Below, piece after piece: positions 1-12,773 of a stretch of DNA of 64,000 nt (position 1 is its first letter; the number at the start of each line of letters is the position of its first letter). Under the pieces are notes generated by a model. The model was not told the origin of the DNA, did not search any database, and was given only the letters and a program-made list of their open reading frames with translations. Origin of the DNA: Takakia lepidozioides (Eukaryota > Plantae > Bryophyta); assembly GCA_030704615.1 (NCBI GenBank), contig CM060732.1, positions 33,852,001 through 33,916,000 of the forward strand, in the 5' to 3' direction. Position numbers and translations under genes: made by a program.

Positions 1-2502
1 TGCGGTGTTTCTCCCCACTTGCTTCCACTTTAAATCCAGAGGTCACAGGAACGAGACCGATTGGACAGGCACAGCTCATCAACCATTTCGTGCTCAGGAG
101 AAGGTTCCGAACTCCACATTTAAGTGTGCACATTGCAAAGAACCACCACACTGCATGTCTTTGTAATGCCAAGCAGTTCTATGTGTTGCACCGTTTCCTT
201 GACCTCACCCGAGCTTGCATACACGTTGGTTCCCATTGTCACAATTGGCGAGGGGGAACTCGTGGGAGGCTGCCCACGAAGCAGAGCAGCTCGTTCAGGA
301 GGAGGTTAAGTTGAGACCGGGTGCCAAACCCAAACAGATACAGCTCCAAGCCGCCCATAAGATGGCATTGGCCAGAATTATGTCGGAAGACGGCTCCGAT
401 AGAGTTCCTCTCGACGAGAAGGAAATGGAGGCATTGCTGGAGTCGGTGTCCCACGTATGTTCACCGAATGTCCGAAACCACATTGTCTCATGCAAACAGA
501 AATTGGGCGTGGCTCGGATATGCACTCCATTCTGGAGGTGAAGCGATGATGTGGATATGACTACATTCATGGAAGTAGGTTTCCCGGACAAGGGACTGAG
601 GCAGATCGTTGTTTCGTATTCAAAATGTCCAGTGTGGACCTGGCAGCGGCGTCGAACTGTCGACAGGATGACGAGTGGGAACTTGTCAAACAGTTGGGTC
701 ATGTTCGACCATATCAAGCGAATTACAAATCACCAGTGGGTGACAATGGGTGCACATGTCCACGACACCCACTACAGGATGCTAATGACAATTGCTATTT
801 GTGAGATGAAAGGAGATGACACACAATCGGAGATGCTTCTTTGGCAGGAATAAACGAACAGATGGCCAAGGCGGGATTGCCCCCTCCCAATTTCCGTGGT
901 TTCATGGTGGACAACGCACAAGCAAATTGGGCTGCCATCCGAAGGGTGTACGGGCAAGACCCCAATGTTCCATGGAAGGCAAGGAGAGATCTTGTGGGTT
1001 CCCTTTTCTGCAGAGCCTTTCACAGTACACAACCAGGCTCGTGGCGCCAGGTTTCAGAGAGGAGCACCGTTCCATGTGCCTTGCGTGGAAGCGCTGCTCC
1101 CACCTTGGATGATGCAGAGACACAGTTTGCATGCATACAGGCTTGGTGGACATCGTCAGGTGCTGTAAGGAAATCAGACGAGGGAGCAATGGTCAGTTGG
1201 CTAGCATGGTGGCATTATCGTTTCCTCCAGTTCGGCGACTATATGCGGGAGGTGAGTTGCACGAATTCGCGTCCCGTTGAATATTATTCTTGGCCATATT
1301 TGTAACTTGCTTGTAACCTGAACATGTGCTTGTGCAGGAAATGTGTCTCGACTCCGACACCGACATGCCCACGAAAAACATGGCCGAATCAGTGCACTCT
1401 TCCTGGCGTGCCTCCTCTGCAGCGCATCTGGTGGACATCCTCACTGCCACAACGGAGGACATTGTGAGGTCAATTATGCAGCAATGCAGGTACAATGAGT
1501 TCTTGAAAGGGAAACAGTGGGGCTTGGGGCCGGACAAGCAGGAAATGCTGATGCGGACTGCCTCTAGATCGAAGAATCCTCGGAAGTGGGCGGCGGCCTT
1601 GCGAGAGGGCCTTCGGAACACGCCATTGCTGCGAAGAGGCCAACATATGGAAGGAGATGTTCATACCCGTCCAGTGAGACGAAGACTTGATGAGGCACCT
1701 GGCGGAGAAGAGGATTCATGGCGAGCTGACAAGAATATTCGCACGCTCCCTCGTGGTCCGGTGATGTTGCCCGAGGAGGTCTCGTCGAGCACCGCAAGTC
1801 CTGCACGTTCAAGATCGCCATCTCCTTTGAGCATAGGGCGCGTGCCCCGACAACATAACGAGCCATCTTTAGTAAAGCAGTACATCATTCCCATTGTGGA
1901 GACAAAAGTGTCGGAGTCACAGTGGAGAATTGCGAGGACATTGCCGGCATTTCGAGGGAAGTGCTGCGCCATCCGGGTGGATACGAGAGCACGCTGTGGT
2001 GAGATGATTCGGAGGAACCCAGACGGTGCTGTACTTGCACCTTGTTTCAGCGGCAGATTTTTGACTCCCACATTTGCTCACACCACAACGCAGACATTTT
2101 GGTTCTGTAGGCACGATATAATGACCTGTGTATTTGGCAAGCCCAAGTACGGGATTCAGGGAATGCAGGAGCCTCCGGGCATCTGGCCTGTTGCACCGGG
2201 TTGCAACCTCTCTCATAATGAGGCGGATGCTCTATCTGCAGCAGGATTTTGAATGGTGCAATGCACAGACATCCCGGCCCACGCATTTCCGGTTCCTCAG
2301 ACCCAGCCATTGCAGACTGCTCGGTCCAGTCGAGACGGATTGGACAATTCTGCACATAGTGAAGAGACGACACCCTCCCAACAAGTTGAATGAGACTCGG
2401 ATTGCCAATGCTCTTGGGATGGCTTGCACTATTCAGAGCTCCGTGGACGTACCCCCACCCGGCCTTGGGCATGTGTATCGGATGGCAACGGCCGGCTCGG
2501 CT
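1..2502 (+). pseudogene. Mutator-like transposase, family A (GCM/WRKY-like Zn domain, DDE core); 5' part outside the window, truncated before SWIM
   Basis: Motifs CAHCKEPPHC..RACIHVGSH, WVMFDHIKR (D1), FMVDNAQANWAAIRRVY..ERSCGF (D2/CxxH) and KNMAESVHSSW (E). GT-AG intron 1252-1337 joins YMRE to EMCLD in frame. Near-identical to the reverse complement of ~49350-51890; several frameshifts. Confidence 0.85.
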
Positions 2503-4874
2503 TCAGGGAATTCATTTCAGAAAAGCAAATCTGGGGAAGTACCTTGAATTACCTGGAACCACCAAGTCATGCGGTTGAGCCACACATCCACTGCAGGGTC
2601 GGAAACTTCGAGTGGAAAAGACCACATTGTCCTTATGCTCTCGGATGCATTCCAGATCGACAGCCACCGTGTCTGCCATTTCCGATCCAATGTCAGGAGC
2701 TGGAAGAGAGGGGCTATTGCTAGGAAGGAACTTCAATGCATTGAAACCTCACCTTATCTTTCGCCTCAACACATGCCGTTGAGAGGTGATGCAGTTTCTC
2801 CAATTGCATGGTCGGCTGCATGGCCCGAGAATAGTGTTTTGCAATCTCGGGGATGAAGTCCTTTCCAAGTGCCGGATCTGCAATTGCCACCAGCTTCACA
2901 AGCTTTGACTTGTATTTGGTTCTGGACTTGACACCGGCTTCCTTCAAGTGCTCAGTCAATGACTGCAACGTTTTGACCTGCCCCTCACTTTCCATGAAGA
3001 AGCGTTTGGCATGGGCCAAATCCAGCTTGATGTTTGACTGCCAACAAAAACATGCAGAAGCGTTACATTCGATTCATGTGGAAAGATTACTGGAAATTGG
3101 GGAAGGATGAGCAGAGGGAAATTGGAGGACGACTTACTTCGTATATCACCTCCACCATTCCATCCATAGTGAGATGATACCATGTCCGGTCTGTTTTTCA
3201 ACGGCTTTCTGAATGAGCTCGGGCTCCAGCATTTCCGCAAACATCTGCGGATCAGTGAGACCAGTTTTCCTCACCCTGTACAGCATATGTGTCATGTGGG
3301 TATGCACGTACGCATTCTCAGTGACCCTGCAAGGCACACTCTCCAGTTCAGTACACGGAAGCACGGAAACAAACCAGAATGGAACCGAAATGCGGCACCG
3401 CATTTCGAACGTGCTAGGGAGGGTATGAGTATCTTACGAGTTGAGGTCCGCCATGGCATTCTTGAGCAGGGAGGAGTCTGCCGCCTTCACCTTCAGGATG
3501 ACACACTCCACCATGTAATGCCAGCCAATGTGCTTGGCATGGTTCTGCTTGATGTACTCCCACCAGGCAAGAAGTCGGTGATTCCCGTCCCACACAAAGA
3601 ACATTTTACCCAACATATGGCCGAAGTCTGGATCACCCTTCAGCGTCGCCTCGAATTCGTCGTTGCAAGTGTGCCAGTGGGTATCCCACGTTGACAATTC
3701 ATCGGCAGTGGGTCCACGAGTTTCGCCATCCTCATTCTCAATGGAAACGTAAAACGCTGCCGATCCCAGACGGTACCCTTCTCGAAATGCGAACTTGAGC
3801 TTATCCACATCTCCGTGAAAGGCCTGCCTGACGATGGGAAGGGAGACCATGCGACAGAGTGGGATTCGAAGAGTCCGCTGGAATACCTTGCTGCCCAGAA
3901 CTCTGCCAATGCTACTGTGTGTCTCCTCCAACATTTTATCCGCTGCACTTTTGAAATCCTCCGGAGACATGTCTGTAGGTGTCGGTAGTGGCTGAGCAGC
4001 TGGAGCATCCTCAACTGGAGCTGCACTCTGGGGCCTGTTTGCGGGCAATTTTGCCATTGCAGAGGCCTCCTCCGGGCCTGCTTGCTCATCGGTGGTGAGG
4101 TCTTGCTGCGAACGTTGAGCGGCAGCACCCTCCTCCGGTACCAAATTGACAAAAACGGTCGATCCCATTGCCTTCACTACAGCAGAGACGGCCCCAACAT
4201 CTGCAGGCGGGAAATCCTCCAGGAACTGAGCTTCAGCTCGTGGAAGCGGTTTTGCGGGAGATTGTTCGGCCGTCGCCCTGATTGCCTTCTGCTTCCTCAT
4301 CCTTGCAGGTGAAGGTGTCTTCTGCAATTGAATCTGTCATTTACCCTGCTGCTTCATTCGCGTTGGTGGGGGTGAAAAGGCCTGAGCCGGTTCAGAAACC
4401 AGTTGAGGGACGGGCTGCTTCTTCTTCGACTTTGCTGGAGAAGGGCCCGACCCCTGCTGGCGATTCTCCATGACCAAAGAACGCGAGTCGATCTCTGGGG
4501 CTTTGAACTTGCCCTTCGAAGCCGCGTCTTTGAAACACACAGGGCTAGGCCCGGCAGGAATACCCGCGCTCGGGGATCGGGTGGGTGTACGTGCTGCAGC
4601 TAGCTCCACGGACTCTTCCTGCGGCTCTTCGGATTCCTACAATCTCTCCAGCACGTCCACATTTCCTGTTAGGCATGCAAACATGTTCTGCATTCAAGTC
4701 TCCTAGCATTCAGTCTAAGAATTACAGAAGCAAAATGGGGGGTTCGGTGCTCGATCAGCTGCGCGCAGCCCGATCGCATGGAGCTCTCACTGGTGGCTGG
4801 GTTGCCTGAGTGGCCTGCTGCTTGGAGATGACAATCTCCTCCTGTAGACGCATCTGCTTCCTCCCCTTCGGCAT
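2503..4874 (-). pseudogene. ParB/Srx-domain cargo gene, family B (multi-exon, 3'-truncated before the MTase region)
   Basis: Putative ATG at 4874 (MPKGRKQMRLQEEIVIS). ORF 3434-4327 has RIPLCRMVSL..FFVWDGNHRLLAW. Intron 3437-3327 is at the same position as in family A. Downstream exons match family A (AHAKRFFMESE.., VAIADPALG..). Confidence 0.75.
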
Positions 4875-5329
4875 TGGCCTACGTCCGAAGTATAATTTTC
4901 AGAGCTTGCGACGAGGTCTCCTGTCTGGTGCACGAACTCCCCCCCTCTCAGGTTCGAGCACATAAGAAGAACAGAGAGAGGGAAAAGGGGAGAAGAGTGC
5001 AGATGGAAAGGGCGCGAGAGGGGTGGCTGAGTAGACACGACAGAAGATGTAACGGCAGTAATGCACCACTTCGATTCGAAAGGCTTCCATGAAAGTGTGT
5101 CCGCGTGGACTATGCGTCATTACGAAACTCCAATCGTCAAGGGTACGCCTGCCGTCCAAAACGAACATTAACCAACGGTCAGGCCGCGCCGCCTCTTGTC
5201 ACTTCAGACACATGGAGAGCAGACAAGTGCCGCAATTCCGTTTGTCCACGTGTTCACATATCATGGCATTTCCGTCCCAGCGCTGGATGAATGAGAGTGG
5301 AAATTCCATTATGAAGAGTATGAAAGTCT

Positions 5330-6580
5330 TCCCCGGACGGAAATGCGGTGCCAGATTTCCGCCCCGTAGCTCCATGCCACGGATTGAAAACAGAAATGCG
5401 GCGCCGCATTTCCGTTCTGGAATGTCTGATGGCGGGACTCGGAAGGAATTGCGATCCCGCATTTCAGTTCCAGTGGATCAGGATTTTCACTCAGGACGGG
5501 AATGCGGTGCCGCAACTCCGTTCTTGACAGTATGAAACACTGCCCCGGACGGAAATGCGGTGCCGCATTCCCGTCCCACAGCTCACTGCCACAGATTGAA
5601 AACGGAAATGCGGCGCCGCATTTCCGATATGGAATGTCCGAAGGCGGGACTGGGCCGGAAATGCGGTGCCGCATTACAGTTCCGGTGGATCACGATTTGG
5701 ACTTAGAACGGGAATTCGGTACCGAATTTCCGTGCTACAGAGTATGAAACACTGCCCCGGTCGGAAATGTGGTGCCGCATTCCCGTCCCACAGCTCACTG
5801 CCACAGATTGAAAACGGAAATGCGGCGCCGTATTTCCGATCTGGAATGTCCGAAGGCGGGACTGGAACGGAAATGCGGCGCCGCATTTCCCATCTGGAAT
5901 GTCCGAAGGCGGGACTGGGACGGAAATGCGGTGCTGCATTACAGTTCCGGTGGATCACGATTTGGACTTAGAACGGGAATTCGGTACCGAATTTCCGTGC
6001 TACAGAGTATGAAACACTGCCCCGGACGGAAATGCTGTGCCGCATTTCGGTCCAACAGCTCCAAGCCACGGGACTGGGACGGAAATGCGGTGCCGCATTA
6101 CAGTTCCGGTGGATAATGATTTTGACTCAGAACGGGAATGCGGTGCCGAATTTCCGTTCTGCAGAGTATGATACGGTGCCCCGGACGGAAATGTTGTGCC
6201 GCATTTCAGTCCCCAAGCTCCATGCCACAGATTGAAAACGGAAATGCGGCGCCGTATTTCCGATCTGGAATGTCCGAAGGCGGGACTCGGACGGAAATGC
6301 GGTGCCGCATTAGAGTTCCGGTGGTTCACGGTTTTCAGTCGTAACGGAAATGCAGTATCACTTTTCCGTTCTGAAGAATATGAAGGTCTCTGGTGGACGG
6401 AAATGCGGTGCCGCATTTAAGTGGCACTGGTGCATGACTAAGATTCAAAATTGAAATGCGGCGCCGTATTTCCGTCCAACAGCAATCGAAAGTAGCACAC
6501 CGGTCAGATATGGGTAACCTTTCTGGATTCCAATGAAAGAAATCGGACGGAAATCCGGTACCGCATTTCCGAACTGGGTT
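5330..6580. repeat. Array of GGAAATGCGG(C/T)GCCGCATTTCC palindromes in the divergent spacer (family B)
   Basis: More than 20 copies; a perfect 24-bp palindrome CGGAAATGCGGCGCCGCATTTCCG lies at 5603-5626; copies sit within longer degenerate tandem units. Confidence 0.9.
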
Positions 6581-6962
6581 GCGGGACCGCCTTCCCATTC
6601 ATCCATGTGCAATGGGTTGCAGTGCTCCGAAACAACACAATTGCGGCCTGTGTTAATGAGCACAACTTGGGTATCTAACCGTTTTAACTAGCACCCCTGG
6701 CACTTGACAGTGCGAACGTTCATGTCTGCACCCCGAATACTACTTGATCCACTGTCAGGAGATGTTATTTCGTCGCCGAATCGGCCATCATTGTGACACT
6801 TACTGCATATGGAATCACACCGCCCACCTTCATGCATGTAGCTTGAAACAATACTTCTACTTCAATCGGCAATGGACTCCGCATTACCACTGACGTGGTG
6901 CCTGTGAGCCTTGGTCTCTCGCTATACTGATCCCCGCACTTGCCAACTTCGTGCGGTCTTCG

Positions 6963-9052
6963 ATGGCTCCAAATTCCTACGCTATAGTTTGCTGTCCTCC
7001 CCAACTTGGGAGAGCCTGGATCCCAAACGAGGGAGGACTTTGCAGAGTGACTGAAACTTACCTTTGTTCTAAATTCAAGCTCAAACCGGGCACAGTTTAT
7101 TTGGAAGAAGAAAGGAAGGATGTTTCTGGGCAGGTTGACGAGACCATTGTCGTGCTAGGTAACGACGGAGGTTGCAGAATGGAATGGCGCGTCCCCCCAT
7201 CAGACACCATCCTGTACCGAGCTATGGGAATGCCCATTCCCTTTCCGAATCAGTCGCTGCCCACACCATCCACAAAGGAGTCCGGAAACCGACAGGCGGC
7301 CACTGCCAACAGAGAGGTGTGCAACGATAATCATTCCCGACCTGGACCGTCAAGACCCTCCATAGCTTCTCGTGTGGACGTATTCGACATTTCCGACGAG
7401 GAAGATGATTGCATTGAGGTACCCATGTCCTCCACACGGTCGTTCAAATCCGGCATGGACGTCTCTGTAGGTGCTACGCATGTGCCCTCGAGCATAACTC
7501 CAACCCGGTCCATTGTGCAGCTCCTACAACAACATCACCTCGATGGTTCTCGCTCCGAGCTGGCTGCTCTCGACTATGCCAAATTCCCGGTCAGAAAGGT
7601 AACGTTTCTGCCTCCCGAAGTCGATGGCAATGTCATCTTTGAGTTTCCACCTGTTTCTTCGTCAAACAAAGCCTCCGGGATGTTAACAGGCATGGATCAA
7701 AAGCATGACGGACACCCCTGGTGTGTGACGAAAACCAGTAGCACGAAAATTGCTGATGGTGTTCGTGTACGATATGTCCTCTGTGCGGGGAAGCTGAGGT
7801 GCCTCAATCCCACCTGCTTCCACTTTCTCTCCAAAGGAGGGCGGAGAAACGAGACGGATTGGACTGGCACAACGCATCATCCATTCATTGTCTCCAGCCA
7901 AGCTCCTGCGGGTTCTTTCAAGTGTGCACATTGCAAAGAACCACCGACGTGCATGTCCATGTGCAGAGCCAAGCAATATTACGTAATCCATTTGCTCCCG
8001 GACTTGACTAGAGCTTGCATACACGTTGGGGTCCACTCCCACCCCTTGGCGAGAGGCAACATGCGTGAGGCTGTGCAGGAAGCACACGACATCATAAAAG
8101 AGGAGGTGAAATTGAGCCCCGGAGCCAGACCAAAGCAAATTCAGCTGAAGGCAGCCCACAAGATTGCTCTTGGCAAAATCATGTCTGTAGATGGTTCCGA
8201 CCGAGAGCCCTTGACCGAAGACGAGATGCGTGACCTCTTGGAGTCCGTCTCGCACGTTGGTAGTCCGAATGTGCGGAATCACATCGTATCTTGCAAGCAG
8301 GAGTTCGGCAGGGGGTCGGACATGTACTCAATCCTGGAGGTGAAACGAATGACTGGATATAATACATCCAAGGTAGCAGGTTTCTAGGGCAAGGCAGCGA
8401 ATCCGATCATTGTTACATTTTCAAAATGTCGACGTGTGGGCCTGGGAGTGGAGTCAACTTGGTCACTCGCATGACAACTGGAAACTTGTCGAATGCTTGG
8501 GTGATGTTTGATCACATCAAGCGAATTACAAACCATCAGTGGGTGACTATGGGTGCGCATGTTTATGACTATCACTCCAAGAGGTTCATGACGATTGCAA
8601 TCTGCGAGATGAAAGGGGAGGACACACTGTCCGAGATGCATCTGTGGGAGGGCATAAACGAGCAAATGGCAAGGGCGGGATTGCTAGAGCCCAATTTCAG
8701 GGGATTCATGGCAGACAACGCTCAGGCCAACTGGGCAGCGGTGCGGCGTGTGTACGGTGAGGACCCCAATGTTCCAATGGAGGGGAAAGAGAGATCCTGT
8801 GGATTCCATCGGATGCAGAGTCTATCTCACTACACTTCCAAATTTGTTGCTAGCTCATTCCAGGCTGAACACCGTGTCCTTTGTACGGCGTGGAAGGATG
8901 CACCCACATTTGATGACGCGGAGGTTAAGTTTGCTATCATCGAGGCTGGGTGGAACACGTCAGGTGCAGTGGAGACAACCAATCTGGGAGCATTGCACAG
9001 CTGGTTGGGGTGGTGGCATTTTCGGTATCGACAGTTCGGACAGTACATGCGG
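6963..9052 (+). pseudogene. Mutator-like transposase, family B (GCM/WRKY-like domain + DDE); frameshift near 8360-8420; runs into the gap
   Basis: ORFs 6951-8387 and 8426-9052: DGHPW..RYVLCAGKLRCLNPTC..CAHC..C..ACIHVGVHSHP, then WVMFDH, FMADNAQANWAAVRRVY, ERSCGFH. Confidence 0.85.
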
Positions 9053-9552
9053 NNNNNNNNNNNNNNNNNNNNNNNNNNNNNNNNNNNNNNNNNNNNNNNN
9101 NNNNNNNNNNNNNNNNNNNNNNNNNNNNNNNNNNNNNNNNNNNNNNNNNNNNNNNNNNNNNNNNNNNNNNNNNNNNNNNNNNNNNNNNNNNNNNNNNNNN
9201 NNNNNNNNNNNNNNNNNNNNNNNNNNNNNNNNNNNNNNNNNNNNNNNNNNNNNNNNNNNNNNNNNNNNNNNNNNNNNNNNNNNNNNNNNNNNNNNNNNNN
9301 NNNNNNNNNNNNNNNNNNNNNNNNNNNNNNNNNNNNNNNNNNNNNNNNNNNNNNNNNNNNNNNNNNNNNNNNNNNNNNNNNNNNNNNNNNNNNNNNNNNN
9401 NNNNNNNNNNNNNNNNNNNNNNNNNNNNNNNNNNNNNNNNNNNNNNNNNNNNNNNNNNNNNNNNNNNNNNNNNNNNNNNNNNNNNNNNNNNNNNNNNNNN
9501 NNNNNNNNNNNNNNNNNNNNNNNNNNNNNNNNNNNNNNNNNNNNNNNNNNNN
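9053..9552. other. Assembly gap (500 N)
   Basis: Run of N. Confidence 1.
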
Positions 9553-10985
9553 AGCTTTTAGCTTCTTCGAAGAACTCTGGCTCCAAATCAGCTCCTACTT
9601 TCACCATTCTCGGTTCCTCCTGAGTTCCCACATTTACTTCTCTCACCTGCTCATCAGCTGTGATTGTCCAACCAGTCACCACTTCATCCTTTAAGCTCAC
9701 AGTGGCTGGTTCTTCTAGGATTTCTATCTCTCCCTCCTTTTCTTCATAGAAATGTGGTGGGTAACAGTTGGTTTCCTCTTCAATTGGTGTTGCTGTCACT
9801 ACACCACAGCAGATACCTCTCAAACAACTTAGGCTTTCCAACCGCATCTCTGCAACCTGCTCCCACTCTGGGTGTGCAGCAAATAGGGTAGCTTCCTGCT
9901 CCTCATCCAGTCCTCCCCTCCAGTCATACTCTCTGACTCCTCGAGGTCTTCTTGTAGCAGGTAATCTACTAGATTTCTTTGTGGTAATTTGTATCTCGTG
10001 CATCCCATTATGCACAGTTAGTAACTGAGAATTCCAGTCATGGAATACCCTTGCCTGTTTCAGCCACGGACGTCCCAATAATAAGGAGTAAGCCTCCATG
10101 ACTTCATCCATTTTTAATACAGTTACTGTGATCATAAAGATCATTTTCTGTATCTGTATCTTAACTCCTCTTATTAATCCCAATGGCTGTACACTTCTTT
10201 GATCTGCCATTGTTACTGTAAATGGGGCTGGTTTCATGTTACTTAGACCAAGCTTCTTCCTTAATTGGTCTGTCATGATATTTACTCCAGAACCACCATC
10301 TATCAGTACATCAGTTAGTTGTGTGCTTCCAATTCTCAATTGGATTACTGGCATAGAATCATCAAAGTCCATGACTGGTTCTCGCCCTTCCGGCTTCACA
10401 TTATAACTGGTCACCTTGCTGTTCAGGTCTGTGTTTCCTGTCTCTTGGGCAATTCGATTGATTGCCTGATACAGCCTGTGCCTACAATAAGGTGCCACAG
10501 CTAATAGCTGTCCAATGGTAATTTCTGCTTTGGTCTGACATATTACTTCAGCCAAAGTCTCTTCATTACTTTGCATGTCTGCATCTTCTTTTTTCCTTTC
10601 TTCCTCACTCCCCTCTTTTTCTCCATCCGAATCAAAGGAATCTGCCACAGGAATATCCGTACTCTTTTGCATTTCCCTTATAGTATCTGCCACTTCCTTG
10701 TGCAGTTCCTTCTCATCTTTCCAAGTCTTTTCATCTTCAGGCATATCATTGCCACTTCCATTCTCATCTTCTTCCTCTTCTACTGGAGGTATTAGTTTGG
10801 CTTTACTTCTTGTTACTATCATTGTACTTACTTCTGGTACAACACATGGCCTAACCATGTGAGCTGCCACCACTGGGCCCTCATTCACAGGAGCTCTCAT
10901 CTCATTCTGGTGTCTAATCCAGAATGAACAGCCTGCCTTGCGATGTCCTGGCTGATTACAATAGTAACATAGCTCTTCACCATTG
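9553..10985 (-). mobile_element. Ty3/gypsy fragment: gag zinc knuckle + aspartic protease
   Basis: VLIDGGSGVN protease motif and LLLGRPWL; close paralog of ~13830-15250. Confidence 0.9.
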
Positions 10986-10986
10986 G

Positions 10987-11190
10987 GTTACACTGTCAGT
11001 AACAACTACACCTATGCTGATTAACCCTCACTGGCATGTAGTATTCCATGTTCACTGCGATGCATCAGGAGAAGCGTTGGGAGCGGTGTTAGCCCAGAAT
11101 GTTACAGGGAATATAGATTCACCTGTGTACTATGCTAGCCGGTTGATGAACAGTGCTGAGAGGAACTATAGCACAACGGAAAGAGAAGCA
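10987..11190 (+). mobile_element. Ty3/gypsy RNase H fragment
   Basis: FHVHCDASGEALGAVLAQ..YYASRLMNSAERNYSTTEREA. Confidence 0.85.
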
Positions 11191-11335
11191 TGGGAAGCAC
11201 AACCATGATTCACTAGCTGCAGGTCATGACTGATAGTATTGAGCGGGCTGAGTACTTAGAGATTTCCAACTTTTCTATCTTGGAGTTTCCACCTCGGATA
11301 TCGAAGGGATGGGTGAGTAAAAGCCATTCGACATT

Positions 11336-11354
11336 TGGCGACCATACTAGGGAC
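11336..11354 (+). promoter_or_regulatory. Putative primer-binding site TGGCGACCATACTAGGGAC (tRNA not assigned)
   Basis: TGG starts after a 2-nt TT spacer following the LTR-terminal CA. Confidence 0.6.
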
Positions 11355-11943
11355 CTGGGTCATGAACAACCAGATGTGACAGGCATCTGGTGGGATCATG
11401 GTGGTTGGAGAATTAAAGAATTTGATATGAATCAAATTCCCTGTGAAACGGAGAAGGAAAGATTGTCCAAACAATTATTTCAGAGGTTCTTGGAATTGCC
11501 AAACGGTTGTAAAGAAAACATTCTTAAGAGAGTGCATGATGCTGACCCTGAGTAGGATCTGGAAAAAGGAGTGATAAAGATTTATCAGGTGGCCTGTAGA
11601 GGAAGAGCACGTTGGTTACCAACACAGGTTTATGTGATAGCATTGCTATCCATTAAGGGAGTAGAGTTTGAAGGTTGGGAGGAAAGAAAGGTGAATGTTT
11701 ATACTCATATGCATGAAGAGCTTGTACTGGTAAAGAATTGGATTCCAAAGGATATTTTGTGGATCAAACTCACACCAAGAACAGCTTTCCCAGACTTGTT
11801 TGCCATATGGTTATATGGTAACGGAGACTTCTAGTATAGCCAAGGGTGCATTGAAGCTTGAAAGAAACCCAGGCATATACGAGAGATACTACAGAAGAGA
11901 GTTTTGGTTATTGCCACATTAAAAGAAATGAAAGACATGGGAC

Positions 11944-12765
11944 ATGAGTGATGAAAGAGAAGCTAGACTCCAGAGATATTCAGCAAAAAGAGAAAGTTAT
12001 CTGAAAGCTAATTATCCATATCTTTGGGAGAGAGGAATAGACATAGGGGAATCATCTGGACCTCTCACACCATTAAGATCAGAGAGTACATCACCCATAC
12101 CGGAAGAACTAGAGTTGGATGCCACTCCTTCTTTTTCTTTGCAAGAAAGATTAAGGGAATTGGTACTGGAAGAAGATCAACCACGAGGTGAAAGATCTGA
12201 GGTACATCCCTGGATAAAAGATTTGACAGAAATCTTTGATAAGAGTTGGCATGGAACACCAAAAGCAGGAACTCCAGTTTCTGAGACGGAAGCTGAAGAA
12301 GGAGGAGAGGATGTGGCAGAGCCAACGGAGAGTTCAGACTCTCCAACACCATTGCAGTTGAGTTACATGAGTGAAGAAGAAACCCAAGGGCAGAACTTGG
12401 AGGATGAAAACAGAGAGAAGAAATTGGAAGAGGAAGAGTATGAAGAAGTAGACCCAACAGCTGAGGTTGAGACTACAACCAGGACATCCCAACCCGTTGG
12501 ACCTGGATCAAGTGCAGCACTTGGATCACAGGCCAACGAAGGTGTCGGCTCAGGGGGATCAGGCGGGTACCCTGGATCTGGCTCTGGGGGGACAGGGAGT
12601 GTGGGAAGTAGTGCAACTGGAGCTGGGAATACTGTGAATATCGTGGGGCCAGTAGCAGGGAGTGCTCAGGGGTCACCACTTGGTGGAAGTTCCACCACAA
12701 CTACAACAGGTCCTCAAGGACCAGCACCAGCAAGGGGGCAACATCTGTCAGTGGGCAGAAGGTAG
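11944..12765 (+). CDS. Acidic, Gly/Ser-rich ORF upstream of gag (273 aa), function unknown
   Basis: Open ORF between the PBS and gag; low complexity. Confidence 0.5.
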   Translation: MSDEREARLQRYSAKRESYLKANYPYLWERGIDIGESSGPLTPLRSESTSPIPEELELDATPSFSLQERLRELVLEEDQPRGERSEVHPWIKDLTEIFDKSWHGTPKAGTPVSETEAEEGGEDVAEPTESSDSPTPLQLSYMSEEETQGQNLEDENREKKLEEEEYEEVDPTAEVETTTRTSQPVGPGSSAALGSQANEGVGSGGSGGYPGSGSGGTGSVGSSATGAGNTVNIVGPVAGSAQGSPLGGSSTTTTTGPQGPAPARGQHLSVGRR

Positions 12766-12773
12766 GGCCACAG

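Larger units (their letters stand above)
2503..9052. mobile_element. Internal part of a sister (family B) ParB-cargo Mutator-like transposon
   Basis: Same head-to-head layout as 48353-62433: ParB gene (-), palindrome spacer, transposase (+). Proteins are alignable but clearly diverged. Ends are lost at a junction (2502/2503) and at the gap. Confidence 0.8.

Noticed and set aside
5089-6663. Many overlapping ORFs (RKCGAAF.., MRRRIS..), also at 53500-55500 and 59350-59800
   Set aside because: These are by-products of GC-rich palindromic repeats that stay open in several frames on both strands.
8748-9694. ORFs spanning the N runs (also 43278-44400)
   Set aside because: Artefacts of translating assembly gaps.
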